Below are positions 8,415-17,851 of a DNA stretch of 64,000 bases, piece by piece; position 1 is the stretch's first letter, and every line of letters begins with the position of its first letter. Below the pieces are notes generated by a model. The model was not told the origin of the DNA. It searched no databases and saw nothing but the letters and a program-made list of their open reading frames with translations. The position numbers and the translations under genes were made by a program. The DNA comes from a virus. The stretch is taken from positions 1-64,000 of IMG/VR virus record IMGVR_UViG_3300014838_000015; one strand, written 5' to 3'.

Positions 8415-10460
8415 TCAATCATCAATGGTAACAAATTCGGTATTTTTACTATGCTTACAAAGAACAACAAACCTCTCAACAACCTGTGCAGAATCGTTCT
8501 TTCTAGAAAAGTGATCACGACGAATGTTAACATCAATGTCAAGGTTTGAACAATGATCAAATCCAACGCTTTGCGCAGCATCAATGACAGTGTTAACAAG
8601 TTCGGCCGAAACATTGAATACGCACAGCTTGCCGCGCTTGAGACCCATCGACGCTGCCTCGAACGTCGGAACGAGGTAACCATTGATCCAATCATCGAAC
8701 GTTGGATGATCTCGCCAACACTGTCCTGGTTCATCAAAGTACTTCTCAACGTCAAAGTATGGCGGCGACGTGAAAACAAAGTCCAATGAATCAGGTTCAA
8801 TGGGATAGAACTCCGATCCAACGTTGTTCAATTCAAATTCAACGTTCGGCTTCAACTCACGTATCGCGTGTTTAACACGATCAGCGTCTGCATACATGCG
8901 TTTTGATGGATCGGTACCGATGTACATTCCACGATCGAACGTTGCAGCAAAACCCAACATTCTGGCAGAGAATCCAATGGATGGATCCCAGACGACAGGT
9001 TCACTAACGTCACCAATGAACTTTTTATAAATGAACGCTGCATACGATGGATTGAACCATGAAACTGCCTTGCGCTGCACGATGAACCCACGTCTGATAT
9101 TATGAAAATTGACATCGAACGTTTCGTTGGAAGTTATTCTTGTTCCGTCGCTCAACCTGTACGTGTAAGGCTTGCTGTTGTTCAGACCTAACCTGTACGA
9201 TAGAACCCTTGACAACGTCTTGTCGTTGAAGAACGTTTGCATTGGTCCATCATCAACGTCCCAGTACGATTTGATGAACGACTTCAACCACATTGAACTT
9301 GTAAGGTCAGATCCAAGCGTTCGAACGTCGCTGATAGACGATAGAGCGTCCTTCAGTATTCTTTCCGTAGGAGGATAGAACCAACCATGATATGCAACGT
9401 GTGCTCGTAGCAGCGACACGATCGCAGGTAGGTACAGCTTTCGAACGCGTTCCTTGTCGTTTATTCGCAGCAACGTCTCCCTCGAGACTATCGGAGCGTT
9501 CTCATCGAGACGCAACGTTGCTTCCTTCACAACGACACCATCGATCACAACGTGGTACGCCAACGTTACCAAATCATCGAATGATTCGATGCGTGATACA
9601 TCTGTACCCTCTGCGATGCGAAGCAACGTCAGCTTGTGATCGATGGCAAGTTTGTTCTTCAAGATGTCGTTCGCGATGTTCGTGATCTGTATAAGCGAGA
9701 AGTCGCTGTGCTTACCTATGCCATGATAGAACATGCCGTCGAACTCAACGATCGCGCGCTGCGTTGGAAGCCACACATCTGCACACCACGTACGTTCGGT
9801 GAAGTTGAAGTACTTTGAACCAACGGCATCTGGAAAGACGCGAATGATAGAACCAAGAAACGCCGTCTCCTTCTTCGAAGAACGGTTGAGCTTGCGACGC
9901 ATGTTTGCGAGCGAGATCTTCCTGCCGAATTCCTTTGTGAAGACGGTGCTACGACGAATTTTACCTGCTTCGCCTTGCCACGACACAAGCTGCGACATAT
10001 GAAATTTAGCGATCCTTTCAGGGTTCTGCCAACCACGAACATGACCGTTGATGAGACATTGCTTCTTTTCTACGTCCATGAATGCATTCATCACTGATTC
10101 GCTGATCTTCACTGATATTTCTGCACCACGTTCAGCGTATGCTTTTCTGATCATATCGTTACGATGTGCAATTTGTTCAGGCGTTTGCTTATAACCATTT
10201 CTTGTAAATCCACCTGCATCATTGTGCCCATTCACATAATCGTTGAATTTATACCTTACGTTGTGCCATTCAACGTTCTCGCTACAACCACACTTGCACA
10301 ATGGTGTATTTCCGTCTAGCAAGTGCTTGATTACGTAACCCTTGAGGTGACCTAGATCCTTATGCGATCGAGCAACGTGGTTTCCCAACGAACGCCTGTT
10401 GACACACTTCCTGCCACATTCAAAACATGTCTGTTCGACGTCGTCTATACCTGCACCCAC
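8415..10460 (-). CDS. C2H2 zinc finger / DUF559(Vsr)-like nuclease / amino-DNA methyltransferase fusion
   Basis: CFEC...H...H and CKCGC; ADVWLP...IVEFDGMFYHG; motif I-like WDPSIGFSAR, YIGTDP; motif IV FTSPPYF. Start placed at GTG 10460 by analogy with the paralogous start at 11355. Confidence 0.8.
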   Translation of the reverse strand: MGAGIDDVEQTCFECGRKCVNRRSLGNHVARSHKDLGHLKGYVIKHLLDGNTPLCKCGCSENVEWHNVRYKFNDYVNGHNDAGGFTRNGYKQTPEQIAHRNDMIRKAYAERGAEISVKISESVMNAFMDVEKKQCLINGHVRGWQNPERIAKFHMSQLVSWQGEAGKIRRSTVFTKEFGRKISLANMRRKLNRSSKKETAFLGSIIRVFPDAVGSKYFNFTERTWCADVWLPTQRAIVEFDGMFYHGIGKHSDFSLIQITNIANDILKNKLAIDHKLTLLRIAEGTDVSRIESFDDLVTLAYHVVIDGVVVKEATLRLDENAPIVSRETLLRINDKERVRKLYLPAIVSLLRAHVAYHGWFYPPTERILKDALSSISDVRTLGSDLTSSMWLKSFIKSYWDVDDGPMQTFFNDKTLSRVLSYRLGLNNSKPYTYRLSDGTRITSNETFDVNFHNIRRGFIVQRKAVSWFNPSYAAFIYKKFIGDVSEPVVWDPSIGFSARMLGFAATFDRGMYIGTDPSKRMYADADRVKHAIRELKPNVEFELNNVGSEFYPIEPDSLDFVFTSPPYFDVEKYFDEPGQCWRDHPTFDDWINGYLVPTFEAASMGLKRGKLCVFNVSAELVNTVIDAAQSVGFDHCSNLDIDVNIRRDHFSRKNDSAQVVERFVVLCKHSKNTEFVTIDD

Positions 10461-10486
10461 ATCAAGACTATACACCACGTTATTGT
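10449..10486. repeat. 38-bp direct repeat (copy at 11344-11381, 33/38 identical) containing the -10 box and start codon
   Basis: Core ATCAAGACTATACACCAC identical in both copies. Confidence 0.85.
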
Positions 10487-10491
10487 AGCGT

Positions 10492-11355
10492 TCACCCTTC
10501 TTTTGGTTCCCACTCGGCATACTTCCAACCATTCTCATCGCAATAACGTATCGCTGCCTCTCTTTTAGCAACATTCATCGGAATGTCACGCATCGAACGT
10601 GGCTTGATTTCAACGAGACATTGCGATCCATCAACGTACGTTACGTGTACGTCAGGTACATAGTGCCTTGATTTGCCGTCTAATTCATATGGTATAGAAG
10701 TGAATTCCGATTCATATGTTGCAACGTTTTGATCGTTGTCTAACAGCTTGAAGTATTTGAGTTCATACGACGACCTGTACACATATCGTTTACCCGTCTT
10801 TGTCGAATCATGAAATCCTTTCGTCCAATTGAATGAACAATCAACGTACATCGATGCGATCGTCTCTGATATCTTTTTTGAATTGATGGTAAGCTCGCCT
10901 GAAGCGATCATTTTGCTTCTAGTCACGCTGATTTTATCACGGGTCTCTTGACTCATGATCTTTGATGTCATGTGTTCAGAAACTAGCTTTGCAAGCTCTG
11001 GATGTGCTTTATGATATGCTTTAGTGGCAATCGATCGTTTTTCATTTGATTCAGCTGATTGTTTCTTGCCTTTAACGGCTTTTGAAATTCTAAAACGAGT
11101 AAGTTCAGATTTATTGTAAACAGATTTAGGAATATGCGTTTTTCTATACGTCATGAATTTGCCGCTGAAATAAGAAACTTCCTCGCCACAACCACATGCA
11201 CACGTTGGCACAACGCCGTTAAATTCATACTTCACAACGTAATCTTTGAATAAAAGATTATGCATATGCGAAACGTGATATGATAATCCCTTACGATCAT
11301 CGAATGAACGATTACACACCACGCAAGTTACGCGTTGTTTAACACCTGCTTCCAT
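10492..11355 (-). CDS. Zinc finger + NUMOD3 + TnsA/gp4-like endonuclease (putative free-standing homing endonuclease)
   Basis: CVVC..H..H, CACGCG, SQETRDKIS-type repeats, YRSSYE...IPY...HYVPD...EIKP. Confidence 0.75.
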   Translation of the reverse strand: MEAGVKQRVTCVVCNRSFDDRKGLSYHVSHMHNLLFKDYVVKYEFNGVVPTCACGCGEEVSYFSGKFMTYRKTHIPKSVYNKSELTRFRISKAVKGKKQSAESNEKRSIATKAYHKAHPELAKLVSEHMTSKIMSQETRDKISVTRSKMIASGELTINSKKISETIASMYVDCSFNWTKGFHDSTKTGKRYVYRSSYELKYFKLLDNDQNVATYESEFTSIPYELDGKSRHYVPDVHVTYVDGSQCLVEIKPRSMRDIPMNVAKREAAIRYCDENGWKYAEWEPKEG

Positions 11356-11422
11356 ATCAAGACTATACACCACATTATGGTGGTATTCATAACGATAACA
11401 AATAAAATAAATTGTTAAACGA

Positions 11423-11448
11423 CGAAAGGCCCCAAGAGGGACCTTTCG
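11423..11448 (-). terminator. Hairpin terminator after the major capsid gene
   Basis: CGAAAGGTCCC-TCTT-GGGGCCTTTCG followed by a T-rich tract on the minus strand. Confidence 0.65.
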
Positions 11449-11493
11449 AGAATCATCCAACCATGTAAGTGGTTGAAATCATTGAACGAATAA

Positions 11494-13386
11494 TTAAATC
11501 GTATTCATATCCAATATAGTAACAGTTCCGTAGAAGTCTGTGCGAACCATCTTTTTCCCGTACCTTGTCATTACGCCCTTCCTGGGTGTAAAATCTTCAG
11601 GAGCGAAGATCGTCGGAGTCACAATCAATGGAACGTACGGACTGTATACGTACCCAGTCTCGAGGTAGCTTCCGCCCTTGAATCCAACGAGGATTCTGTT
11701 CCGTGCAAAGTACGGATCCTTGTACACCGTGAAGCGGTTGCTTAGAGTACCAATGGCTTCCGCACCGATGGTGAACGGAGAACCGACCTGTCCTTCGCCG
11801 TCGAGCGAGAACTTCGGCTTGTAGAGCACCGAGGACTCGAGGATGGTTGCAACGTCCGGACCGGTGACCATGAAGTTCGCCGAACCACGTAGCGTCTTGC
11901 GGTGAATGGTGTTCGCAACGTCGATGATCGTCTCGATCAACGTTTCGTACCACTCGCGGACCGTACCGGTGAACTGCGGACCGATGCTCAACGAGGTGTT
12001 GAGGACGACCGGCACGCCGGTGAGCTTGTTGACGAACTTACCAGGAGCGCGGCTCCAGTACATGTTCGCACCGTTTGCCTGAGTGACCAGATCATTGAGA
12101 ATCTCTCGATCGATCTCAAGGGCAATCTGTTCAGAGAGGATGCTCGTGAGCTCGACCTCTGCGTCCATCGAGTGGTACGCATTGAGGTCCTGTGCCAGCT
12201 CGGGGCTCCACCGTGCACGCAGCTTTCGCGTTGTTGCAACGATGGCAATCGACTCGATCTTGATGTCGATCTCTGGGATCGCCGGTGTCGGATTGACGCT
12301 GAAGTCAGACTCGAAGGACGGAATCGTCAGCGTTGCACCATCGTCAGCCTGAACGGTGATGCCGTCGGCCGTAGCCATGGAGATGAATGCCTTACCAGCA
12401 TTAAAGGTCGGGGTCGTTGCTCCGGAGAGCTTGATGACAAGCTGAACCTGCGAACCGTTGAGCGGCGCCGCGGTGAAGTTGGAACTCGTCCAGTTACCGC
12501 GCTTGTTGAGGCGTCGGAGGTTAAGGAGACCCGTACCGGTTTGGTACGTTTGCGTCCATGCCTGCGAATTGTCTGTCGAGGAGAAGGTGAACAGTGCGAC
12601 CTGCTCGATTGCCATCAGATCACCGGTCGGGATCGCTGCCTGAATGTCAGAGGTATTGAGGTAAACGAAGGTGACACCGTAAACGCTGTTCGACTGCAGA
12701 TCAACGTCCAACTGCGGATCGAAGTTGCAAAGCTGACCGTTCACACCGGACATCGCCGTGACGATGCCGCCGGCAACGAACGTACCGTTAGTGTTGTTCC
12801 ATGCACCGATCTGAGCGTTGCTACCGGTGACAGATCCGGAGACCTGAACCTTGGTGTAACCAACGTTGACGAGATCGTACATACCACCGGTTGCGAGAGA
12901 CCCAGACTGAATTCCCTTGCCAGTCGGGTTATTGTAGATGGACTGCCCAGCGGTGTACGTCGACTGAGCGCTACCGTTCGGTCCGCTGAGCTGCAACCCG
13001 GACTGACCACCAACGTTGCTACCGTAGGTGTAATCGAGGTAGAAGATCAGTCCTGAAGGAAGGCTCATCGGCTGAATGCTTACGAGCTCGTTGGCAACGA
13101 GGCCACCGAACACTCGACGAACGATCGGGAACGCGATATTCGTGAAACCCTGAATCTGACCCGACGAAGCAACGTTTCCGCCACCGGTCGAGATGCTGTT
13201 GCCAGCCTCTTTGAGCACCTGAGCCGCCTGGTTCTCCAGGAGCTGAGCCATGGTCTCGCGCTTGACGCCATCGAGACCACGAAGCAGGCCGGTGCGGCTC
13301 CACTTCTCAACAAGCCGCGTGCGCTCTGCACCAACGTGCCTGTCTTTAATTCCAGCAGCGAGCTGGTCCATCGTAAAGTACTTCAT
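11494..13386 (-). CDS. gp23: Major capsid protein, T4 gp23-like (630 aa, with a large central insertion)
   Basis: LLENQ, PIVRRVF, VSIQPMSLPSGLIF, TRKLRARWSPELAQDL.AYH..DAE.EL, EIDREI, YSPYVPL, F.P.KG..TRY; start at MKYFTM with GGAG SD. Confidence 0.97.
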   Translation of the reverse strand: MKYFTMDQLAAGIKDRHVGAERTRLVEKWSRTGLLRGLDGVKRETMAQLLENQAAQVLKEAGNSISTGGGNVASSGQIQGFTNIAFPIVRRVFGGLVANELVSIQPMSLPSGLIFYLDYTYGSNVGGQSGLQLSGPNGSAQSTYTAGQSIYNNPTGKGIQSGSLATGGMYDLVNVGYTKVQVSGSVTGSNAQIGAWNNTNGTFVAGGIVTAMSGVNGQLCNFDPQLDVDLQSNSVYGVTFVYLNTSDIQAAIPTGDLMAIEQVALFTFSSTDNSQAWTQTYQTGTGLLNLRRLNKRGNWTSSNFTAAPLNGSQVQLVIKLSGATTPTFNAGKAFISMATADGITVQADDGATLTIPSFESDFSVNPTPAIPEIDIKIESIAIVATTRKLRARWSPELAQDLNAYHSMDAEVELTSILSEQIALEIDREILNDLVTQANGANMYWSRAPGKFVNKLTGVPVVLNTSLSIGPQFTGTVREWYETLIETIIDVANTIHRKTLRGSANFMVTGPDVATILESSVLYKPKFSLDGEGQVGSPFTIGAEAIGTLSNRFTVYKDPYFARNRILVGFKGGSYLETGYVYSPYVPLIVTPTIFAPEDFTPRKGVMTRYGKKMVRTDFYGTVTILDMNTI

Positions 13387-13445
13387 CTGCGTTTTTCTCC
13401 GTTTTGTAAAAGTTGATTGATTCGTTACCTGTTCACACAGCACCA

Positions 13446-15407
13446 TCACTTGACGATGCCAGCGAGCTGCGCCCATCGATCGGTCTCGACACCCTCGTTG
13501 AGGGTCTGCGTCGACGCCGGCTTATTGACCCTGCTCGAAGAACCGATGACCTGACGACGATCAACGCCTTCCTGCAGAGATTTCGAGGGACTCGCAATTG
13601 TCTTGACGAGGCTCTCGTAGACGAGCTTTGCTTCCCGCACCGTGTGGGCTTCGTCCAACTGCTTGATGACCTGCGATTTCTGCTTGGCCGTCAATTCAGA
13701 TTGTAGAAGCTTGTTGGTGTAGAGCAGCTTCGCGTTGAACAGATTCGATTCTGCCAACTTGGTGCGGAGCGTTCCGATGGCCTTGTTCTCCGCGGGCCGT
13801 GATGCAGCGCTATTCGAGCGCGACTCCTGAAGCTTTTTCGAGGCCTTGGCCGCGATGAGCGACATTTTCTTTCCGCGAGCGAGCGATTCATTGTATCGCT
13901 TAGCTAACGTATTGAACTCTTTCTTCGCTTCCGTGAAGCGTTTGGTATTGCCAGACGCCTTAGCGCGCGATGCTTCACGTTTGATGGCGACAGCACGCAC
14001 GGTGGCTCGCTCCTGAAGCTTCTTCTCGAAGTTCAACCTGCGAAGCGCCTCGTGACGTCGTTTATCCCACGTTGCGGTCTCGTGACCATCAGAAACGTCG
14101 GTACCATACTCATCCTGCTTGCGTCGATTCTGTAATTGATCGAGGTCTTCGCCACACGCTTCCTCGAGATCATCATCGTCGGACTCGTCAAGGTCCTGAT
14201 CGTCCTGTTCCTCAAGGTCCTGATCATCAGATTCACCCAACGGACGAGATGCAATTCCAGGCGATAGATCAGTGATTTCCTGATCGCGTGGATCTCCCTC
14301 TTCCTTGCCATCACCAAAGTCAGCAAGAATCTCAGAATCACCTGGACCATTGCCCCAAGAATCAGGCTTCGTTTCCTCACGAAGCGAACGCAAACGAGCG
14401 ATCTCTCGACGAAGCATTCCCTCATCAATTTCAACGATCGTATCGTCGCTCAATCTTCGTCCTTCCATCTGCTGATCCTCCTCATCGGCCATCTGATCAT
14501 CTCCATCGACGGCATAATCATCGAGACCTTCAGGCGCCTCTTCATCACCGCCTCCCATGTCCTCGAAACCCTCAGCACCTTCCTCATCCTCTTCACCGGT
14601 GATGAGATCGACACCGACATTCTCGAGATCGTCCTCAACATCATCAGGAAGCCCAGTCAGCTTCAGCGTGAGATCTGCTTCGGTCATCTTTTTCTTGGAC
14701 ATTGTCGTTGACTCCTGGAGTTTGTTGAGAACTTTGAAACTAGCTTCAAGCGCGTTCTCGTATGAGCTCTTCTTAGCAGGATCAGTTATCGACTCCTGCA
14801 CGTGGTCATACATATCTTCCACACGAGAAATCATTTGCGTAACATGCACACCGTACGCCGGTGTTTCCTTCACGATCTTGCTAGCCTTATTAAACAATGA
14901 AACGCTTTCGGTGATTTTTTCAATTGCACCACCAATATTGATAGGTTTATTGACCACTGATCTCAGCGCATCAACCGATTCAAGGCTTATCTCATACTCA
15001 TCGTCTGATTTCGGCATAGGTTCGCCGAACATCGGCGGAGGTACTGCAGGACCAGGTACGTTTCTAGGCATTCCATCAGCGGACGAATTACCAGCACACA
15101 TCGTATCGATGTCTAACGTTACCTTTCCTTCTGCGTCAGGTGAAGTCACGCATGCATCAGAACCATCCATTACAACCCCTGAGCCGTCATCAGTGAGCAT
15201 TTCACCGCCCATTTCGGTGGCTACAGGTGCAACAGAAACTCGATCCATCTCGTCACCTTCAGCGTCCTCCTGAAGAATTGCACGATCAATGAACTCACGA
15301 ATTCGCGGAGTGACAGCTTCAGTGAGAGCGCGCAGCGCATTTTCCTCAGCGACTTGCTTCACCCTCTTAACGTCAGCCAGCGCTTCCTCAAACAATTGCT
15401 TGGTCAT
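13446..15407 (-). CDS. Prohead scaffolding/core protein (gp22-like)
   Basis: Immediately upstream of the capsid gene; acidic coiled-coil; many LxE sites; C-terminal RWAQLAGI. Confidence 0.8.
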   Translation of the reverse strand: MTKQLFEEALADVKRVKQVAEENALRALTEAVTPRIREFIDRAILQEDAEGDEMDRVSVAPVATEMGGEMLTDDGSGVVMDGSDACVTSPDAEGKVTLDIDTMCAGNSSADGMPRNVPGPAVPPPMFGEPMPKSDDEYEISLESVDALRSVVNKPINIGGAIEKITESVSLFNKASKIVKETPAYGVHVTQMISRVEDMYDHVQESITDPAKKSSYENALEASFKVLNKLQESTTMSKKKMTEADLTLKLTGLPDDVEDDLENVGVDLITGEEDEEGAEGFEDMGGGDEEAPEGLDDYAVDGDDQMADEEDQQMEGRRLSDDTIVEIDEGMLRREIARLRSLREETKPDSWGNGPGDSEILADFGDGKEEGDPRDQEITDLSPGIASRPLGESDDQDLEEQDDQDLDESDDDDLEEACGEDLDQLQNRRKQDEYGTDVSDGHETATWDKRRHEALRRLNFEKKLQERATVRAVAIKREASRAKASGNTKRFTEAKKEFNTLAKRYNESLARGKKMSLIAAKASKKLQESRSNSAASRPAENKAIGTLRTKLAESNLFNAKLLYTNKLLQSELTAKQKSQVIKQLDEAHTVREAKLVYESLVKTIASPSKSLQEGVDRRQVIGSSSRVNKPASTQTLNEGVETDRWAQLAGIVK

Positions 15408-15455
15408 GCTTTCTCCACGAACCTAAAAGTAAGTATTGATGATTTATGCACAACA

Positions 15456-16013
15456 TCAGGAGTTTGCACCCGAATCACCGATTGATTGAGATTGACCCGC
15501 CTGATTGGCGTTGTAAATCTCCGGACCGGTGACGATTGGATTACGTAGGTTCTGATCACCGGCGTCCTCTGTCGTAGCGATCGAACGAGCCTGTTCAACG
15601 GTGATCTGAGGATCAACGTTCTTATCCGTACCATCGGTCAAACCAGGACCGGGAGAAGTAATGTCAGGAATGTACGGGTTGGCAGGATCACCGGGTTTCG
15701 TCCACTTGACTGTCGAAACATCAGGAGGAGTTGACACAGGCGACGACGGAGCTCGCATTGCGAACGAGAGATCAACGCCGTTCGGAAACATTCCAAGATC
15801 ACCGGCTTGAATTCCATCGCTTGGTTGCAAACCGCTAACGCCGTTCGACAGTTTCATCGTTGATTCGGCCTCAATATACGCACGAGCCTTCACCTCATCA
15901 GCGTTAGCAACCATGGTAGCGAACGGGCCGGCAGGGAACAACTTGCTAAGCAACGTATGCGCGGCCGTCTGAGCTCCGCCAACGTATGTCGTGTACTTTC
16001 CTAACAGACCCAT
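15456..16013 (-). CDS. Pro/Gly-rich hypothetical head-module protein
   Basis: 185-aa ORF in the head gene cluster. Confidence 0.55.
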   Translation of the reverse strand: MGLLGKYTTYVGGAQTAAHTLLSKLFPAGPFATMVANADEVKARAYIEAESTMKLSNGVSGLQPSDGIQAGDLGMFPNGVDLSFAMRAPSSPVSTPPDVSTVKWTKPGDPANPYIPDITSPGPGLTDGTDKNVDPQITVEQARSIATTEDAGDQNLRNPIVTGPEIYNANQAGQSQSIGDSGANS

Positions 16014-16040
16014 GTGTTCAACTTTCCTTATCGATTCGAG

Positions 16041-16307
16041 TTAGATCTTCGCGATCAGTTTGTTGGATGCTCGCTTGAGAGCCTCCTTTATCTGACCGAT
16101 TCGACGAATCAATCGAGATTCCTCAATCTTCAGAGCACGCATATAATCAATGTGCTTATCAACGGATTTATCGGTGCCCAATTCATCGGCATCGATCTCT
16201 TCGGTGTCCTTGGCACGTTTCTCAACGTCTTCCTCGTCGCCGAATTTACCGACCTCTTCCTCGATGATGCTACGAAGCAACGATGGCGTCAACTTGACTG
16301 ATCTCAT
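16041..16307 (-). CDS. Small prohead core-like protein
   Basis: Start MRSVK with GAGG SD; N-terminal LLRSIIEEE motif. Confidence 0.55.
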   Translation of the reverse strand: MRSVKLTPSLLRSIIEEEVGKFGDEEDVEKRAKDTEEIDADELGTDKSVDKHIDYMRALKIEESRLIRRIGQIKEALKRASNKLIAKI

Positions 16308-16432
16308 TTCAACCTCTTGTGTCTTTCGATATGTATATGACACCGTGTGTTCGATATCGAACGCTTAACGTAATTCGCCGTGAATATGATAATCCACGGC
16401 GAAACTTCACAATTCAAAACGTATTATATCAA

Positions 16433-16876
16433 TTACTTTTTATCATTCATAAACGCAAGCTCTGCCCAATGATTAGCTGCTTCCTCGCCAAAAACCTCTT
16501 CAGGATCACCGATGTGTTCCTGCTGCGTTAATCTACTAGAAGACTGACCACCGTCTCCACCGCCTGCAAATTGTCTATCGCTCTCCACCATCGTCTTATA
16601 CGTTGTTTGTGCGGTATCTGCGAGAATGTTTGCCATGACAGAACTACCGCCTGCTTGACGTTGAATATTCTCACGCATAGCATCGTTGTGAACAGGTACG
16701 TCTAAAGAAGGATTAAACGTTGGTTTCCTACGTTGACCCTGTGAAAGCACCTGTTTTCCTGACACAAGCGTTTGAGCGTTACGCGTTGTTCGCAACGAAC
16801 CGCTTAATCCCTCGTTCAGTATTTCAACCATTATTTCTCTAACGATCAACTTGAGATCTGATCTTGACAGTGACAT
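16433..16876 (-). CDS. Hypothetical head-module protein
   Basis: N-terminal DLKLIVREIMVEILNE; C-terminal WAELAF. Confidence 0.55.
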   Translation of the reverse strand: MSLSRSDLKLIVREIMVEILNEGLSGSLRTTRNAQTLVSGKQVLSQGQRRKPTFNPSLDVPVHNDAMRENIQRQAGGSSVMANILADTAQTTYKTMVESDRQFAGGGDGGQSSSRLTQQEHIGDPEEVFGEEAANHWAELAFMNDKK

Positions 16877-17377
16877 TCAAACCACCTTACCCTTCAATGA
16901 TCGCTTCTTTACGTCTCTTCTTATCAAAGTACCAACGTGATCAAAAAGCATGATGCCGTATAAATGATCGATCTCGTGCTGAACGATCCTCGCCATCAAA
17001 CCATCGTACTTCACGATCGAAGCGTTTCCATAAACATCATTGAATTCAACGGTGATTTCACACGAACGAAGAACGTTTAGAAAAACGCCAGGCAACGATA
17101 AACAGCCCTCCTCACCCAACGTAGTGTCACCTGATAACCACATAACGTGTGGATTGATCATCGTAACCTGCTCTCCAGATTTATCACCAGCAGACGAATC
17201 AATGACAACGATCGTCTCCAACACACCAACCTGCGACGCTGCAAGTCCAATGCCGTTTAACGTATACATCGTTTCGTACATCTCATCAACGAGAACACGC
17301 AAACGATCGTCGAACTCCTTCACCGGTGAACAGTGTTTGATCAGCAATTCACTTGGATATTCAACTATCTGCAACAA
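16877..17377 (-). CDS. def: Peptide deformylase
   Basis: GIGLAASQVG, EGCLS, QHEIDHL motifs. Confidence 0.95.
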   Translation of the reverse strand: MLQIVEYPSELLIKHCSPVKEFDDRLRVLVDEMYETMYTLNGIGLAASQVGVLETIVVIDSSAGDKSGEQVTMINPHVMWLSGDTTLGEEGCLSLPGVFLNVLRSCEITVEFNDVYGNASIVKYDGLMARIVQHEIDHLYGIMLFDHVGTLIRRDVKKRSLKGKVV

Positions 17378-17386
17378 GCATCGACC

Positions 17387-17779
17387 TTAGCCCACACCTG
17401 ACCATGCAGTACCATCAGGAAAGCTGCCCGACAACATCGGCATGCTACCAGCAGGAACGGTTGTCAGTCCAACCGCCAGGCTGAACGACACTGAACCCAC
17501 GGCACCCGCCAACCACAGGTTAGAACACCTCCATTCAAGCGTCAACGTTTGAGCTGGAGCGACTGTTGCGTAGTTTTGACCATTGATTCCATTCAATGTG
17601 AAACCAAGCTTCAGAGCTCCCGTGGTGTTAAGGTTCGTCAGCGAAATGAAACGCGTGACGTAGTTAAACGTCACCTGTGAAGGCACGGTGTTAACGTTCG
17701 ACGATGACACCCAAGGCAACGCGGAGCTTTGAAACTCCGGAGCAAAGTTGAAACCACCAGCTGGATTACCTAAGGGCAT
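17387..17779 (-). CDS. Small beta-rich structural protein
   Basis: TACTTA at 17797-17802 and AGGTGG SD; composition like 2524-3003. Confidence 0.5.
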   Translation of the reverse strand: MPLGNPAGGFNFAPEFQSSALPWVSSSNVNTVPSQVTFNYVTRFISLTNLNTTGALKLGFTLNGINGQNYATVAPAQTLTLEWRCSNLWLAGAVGSVSFSLAVGLTTVPAGSMPMLSGSFPDGTAWSGVG

Positions 17780-17798
17780 TAAACACCACCTTCATTTA

Positions 17799-17851
17799 AG
17801 TAGGTCAACCCTATCGTTTGAACGACAGGATCTCGTTCAGAACGCGATCAA
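17799..17851. repeat. 53-bp exact direct repeat, copy 2 (duplicate of the prohead protease 3' end)
   Basis: AGTAGGTCAACCCTATCGTTTGAACGACAGGATCTCGTTCAGAACGCGATCAA identical to 19062-19114. Confidence 0.97.

Noticed and set aside
11902-13056. 384-aa plus-strand ORF and other antisense ORFs over capsid, scaffold and portal
   Set aside because: Shadows of GC3-rich sense codon usage; no recognisable motifs.
10461-13476. Longer ORF-track starts for the MTase fusion (10574), nuclease (11460) and capsid (13476)
   Set aside because: They run through promoters, a terminator or upstream genes; internal starts have SD or -10 support.
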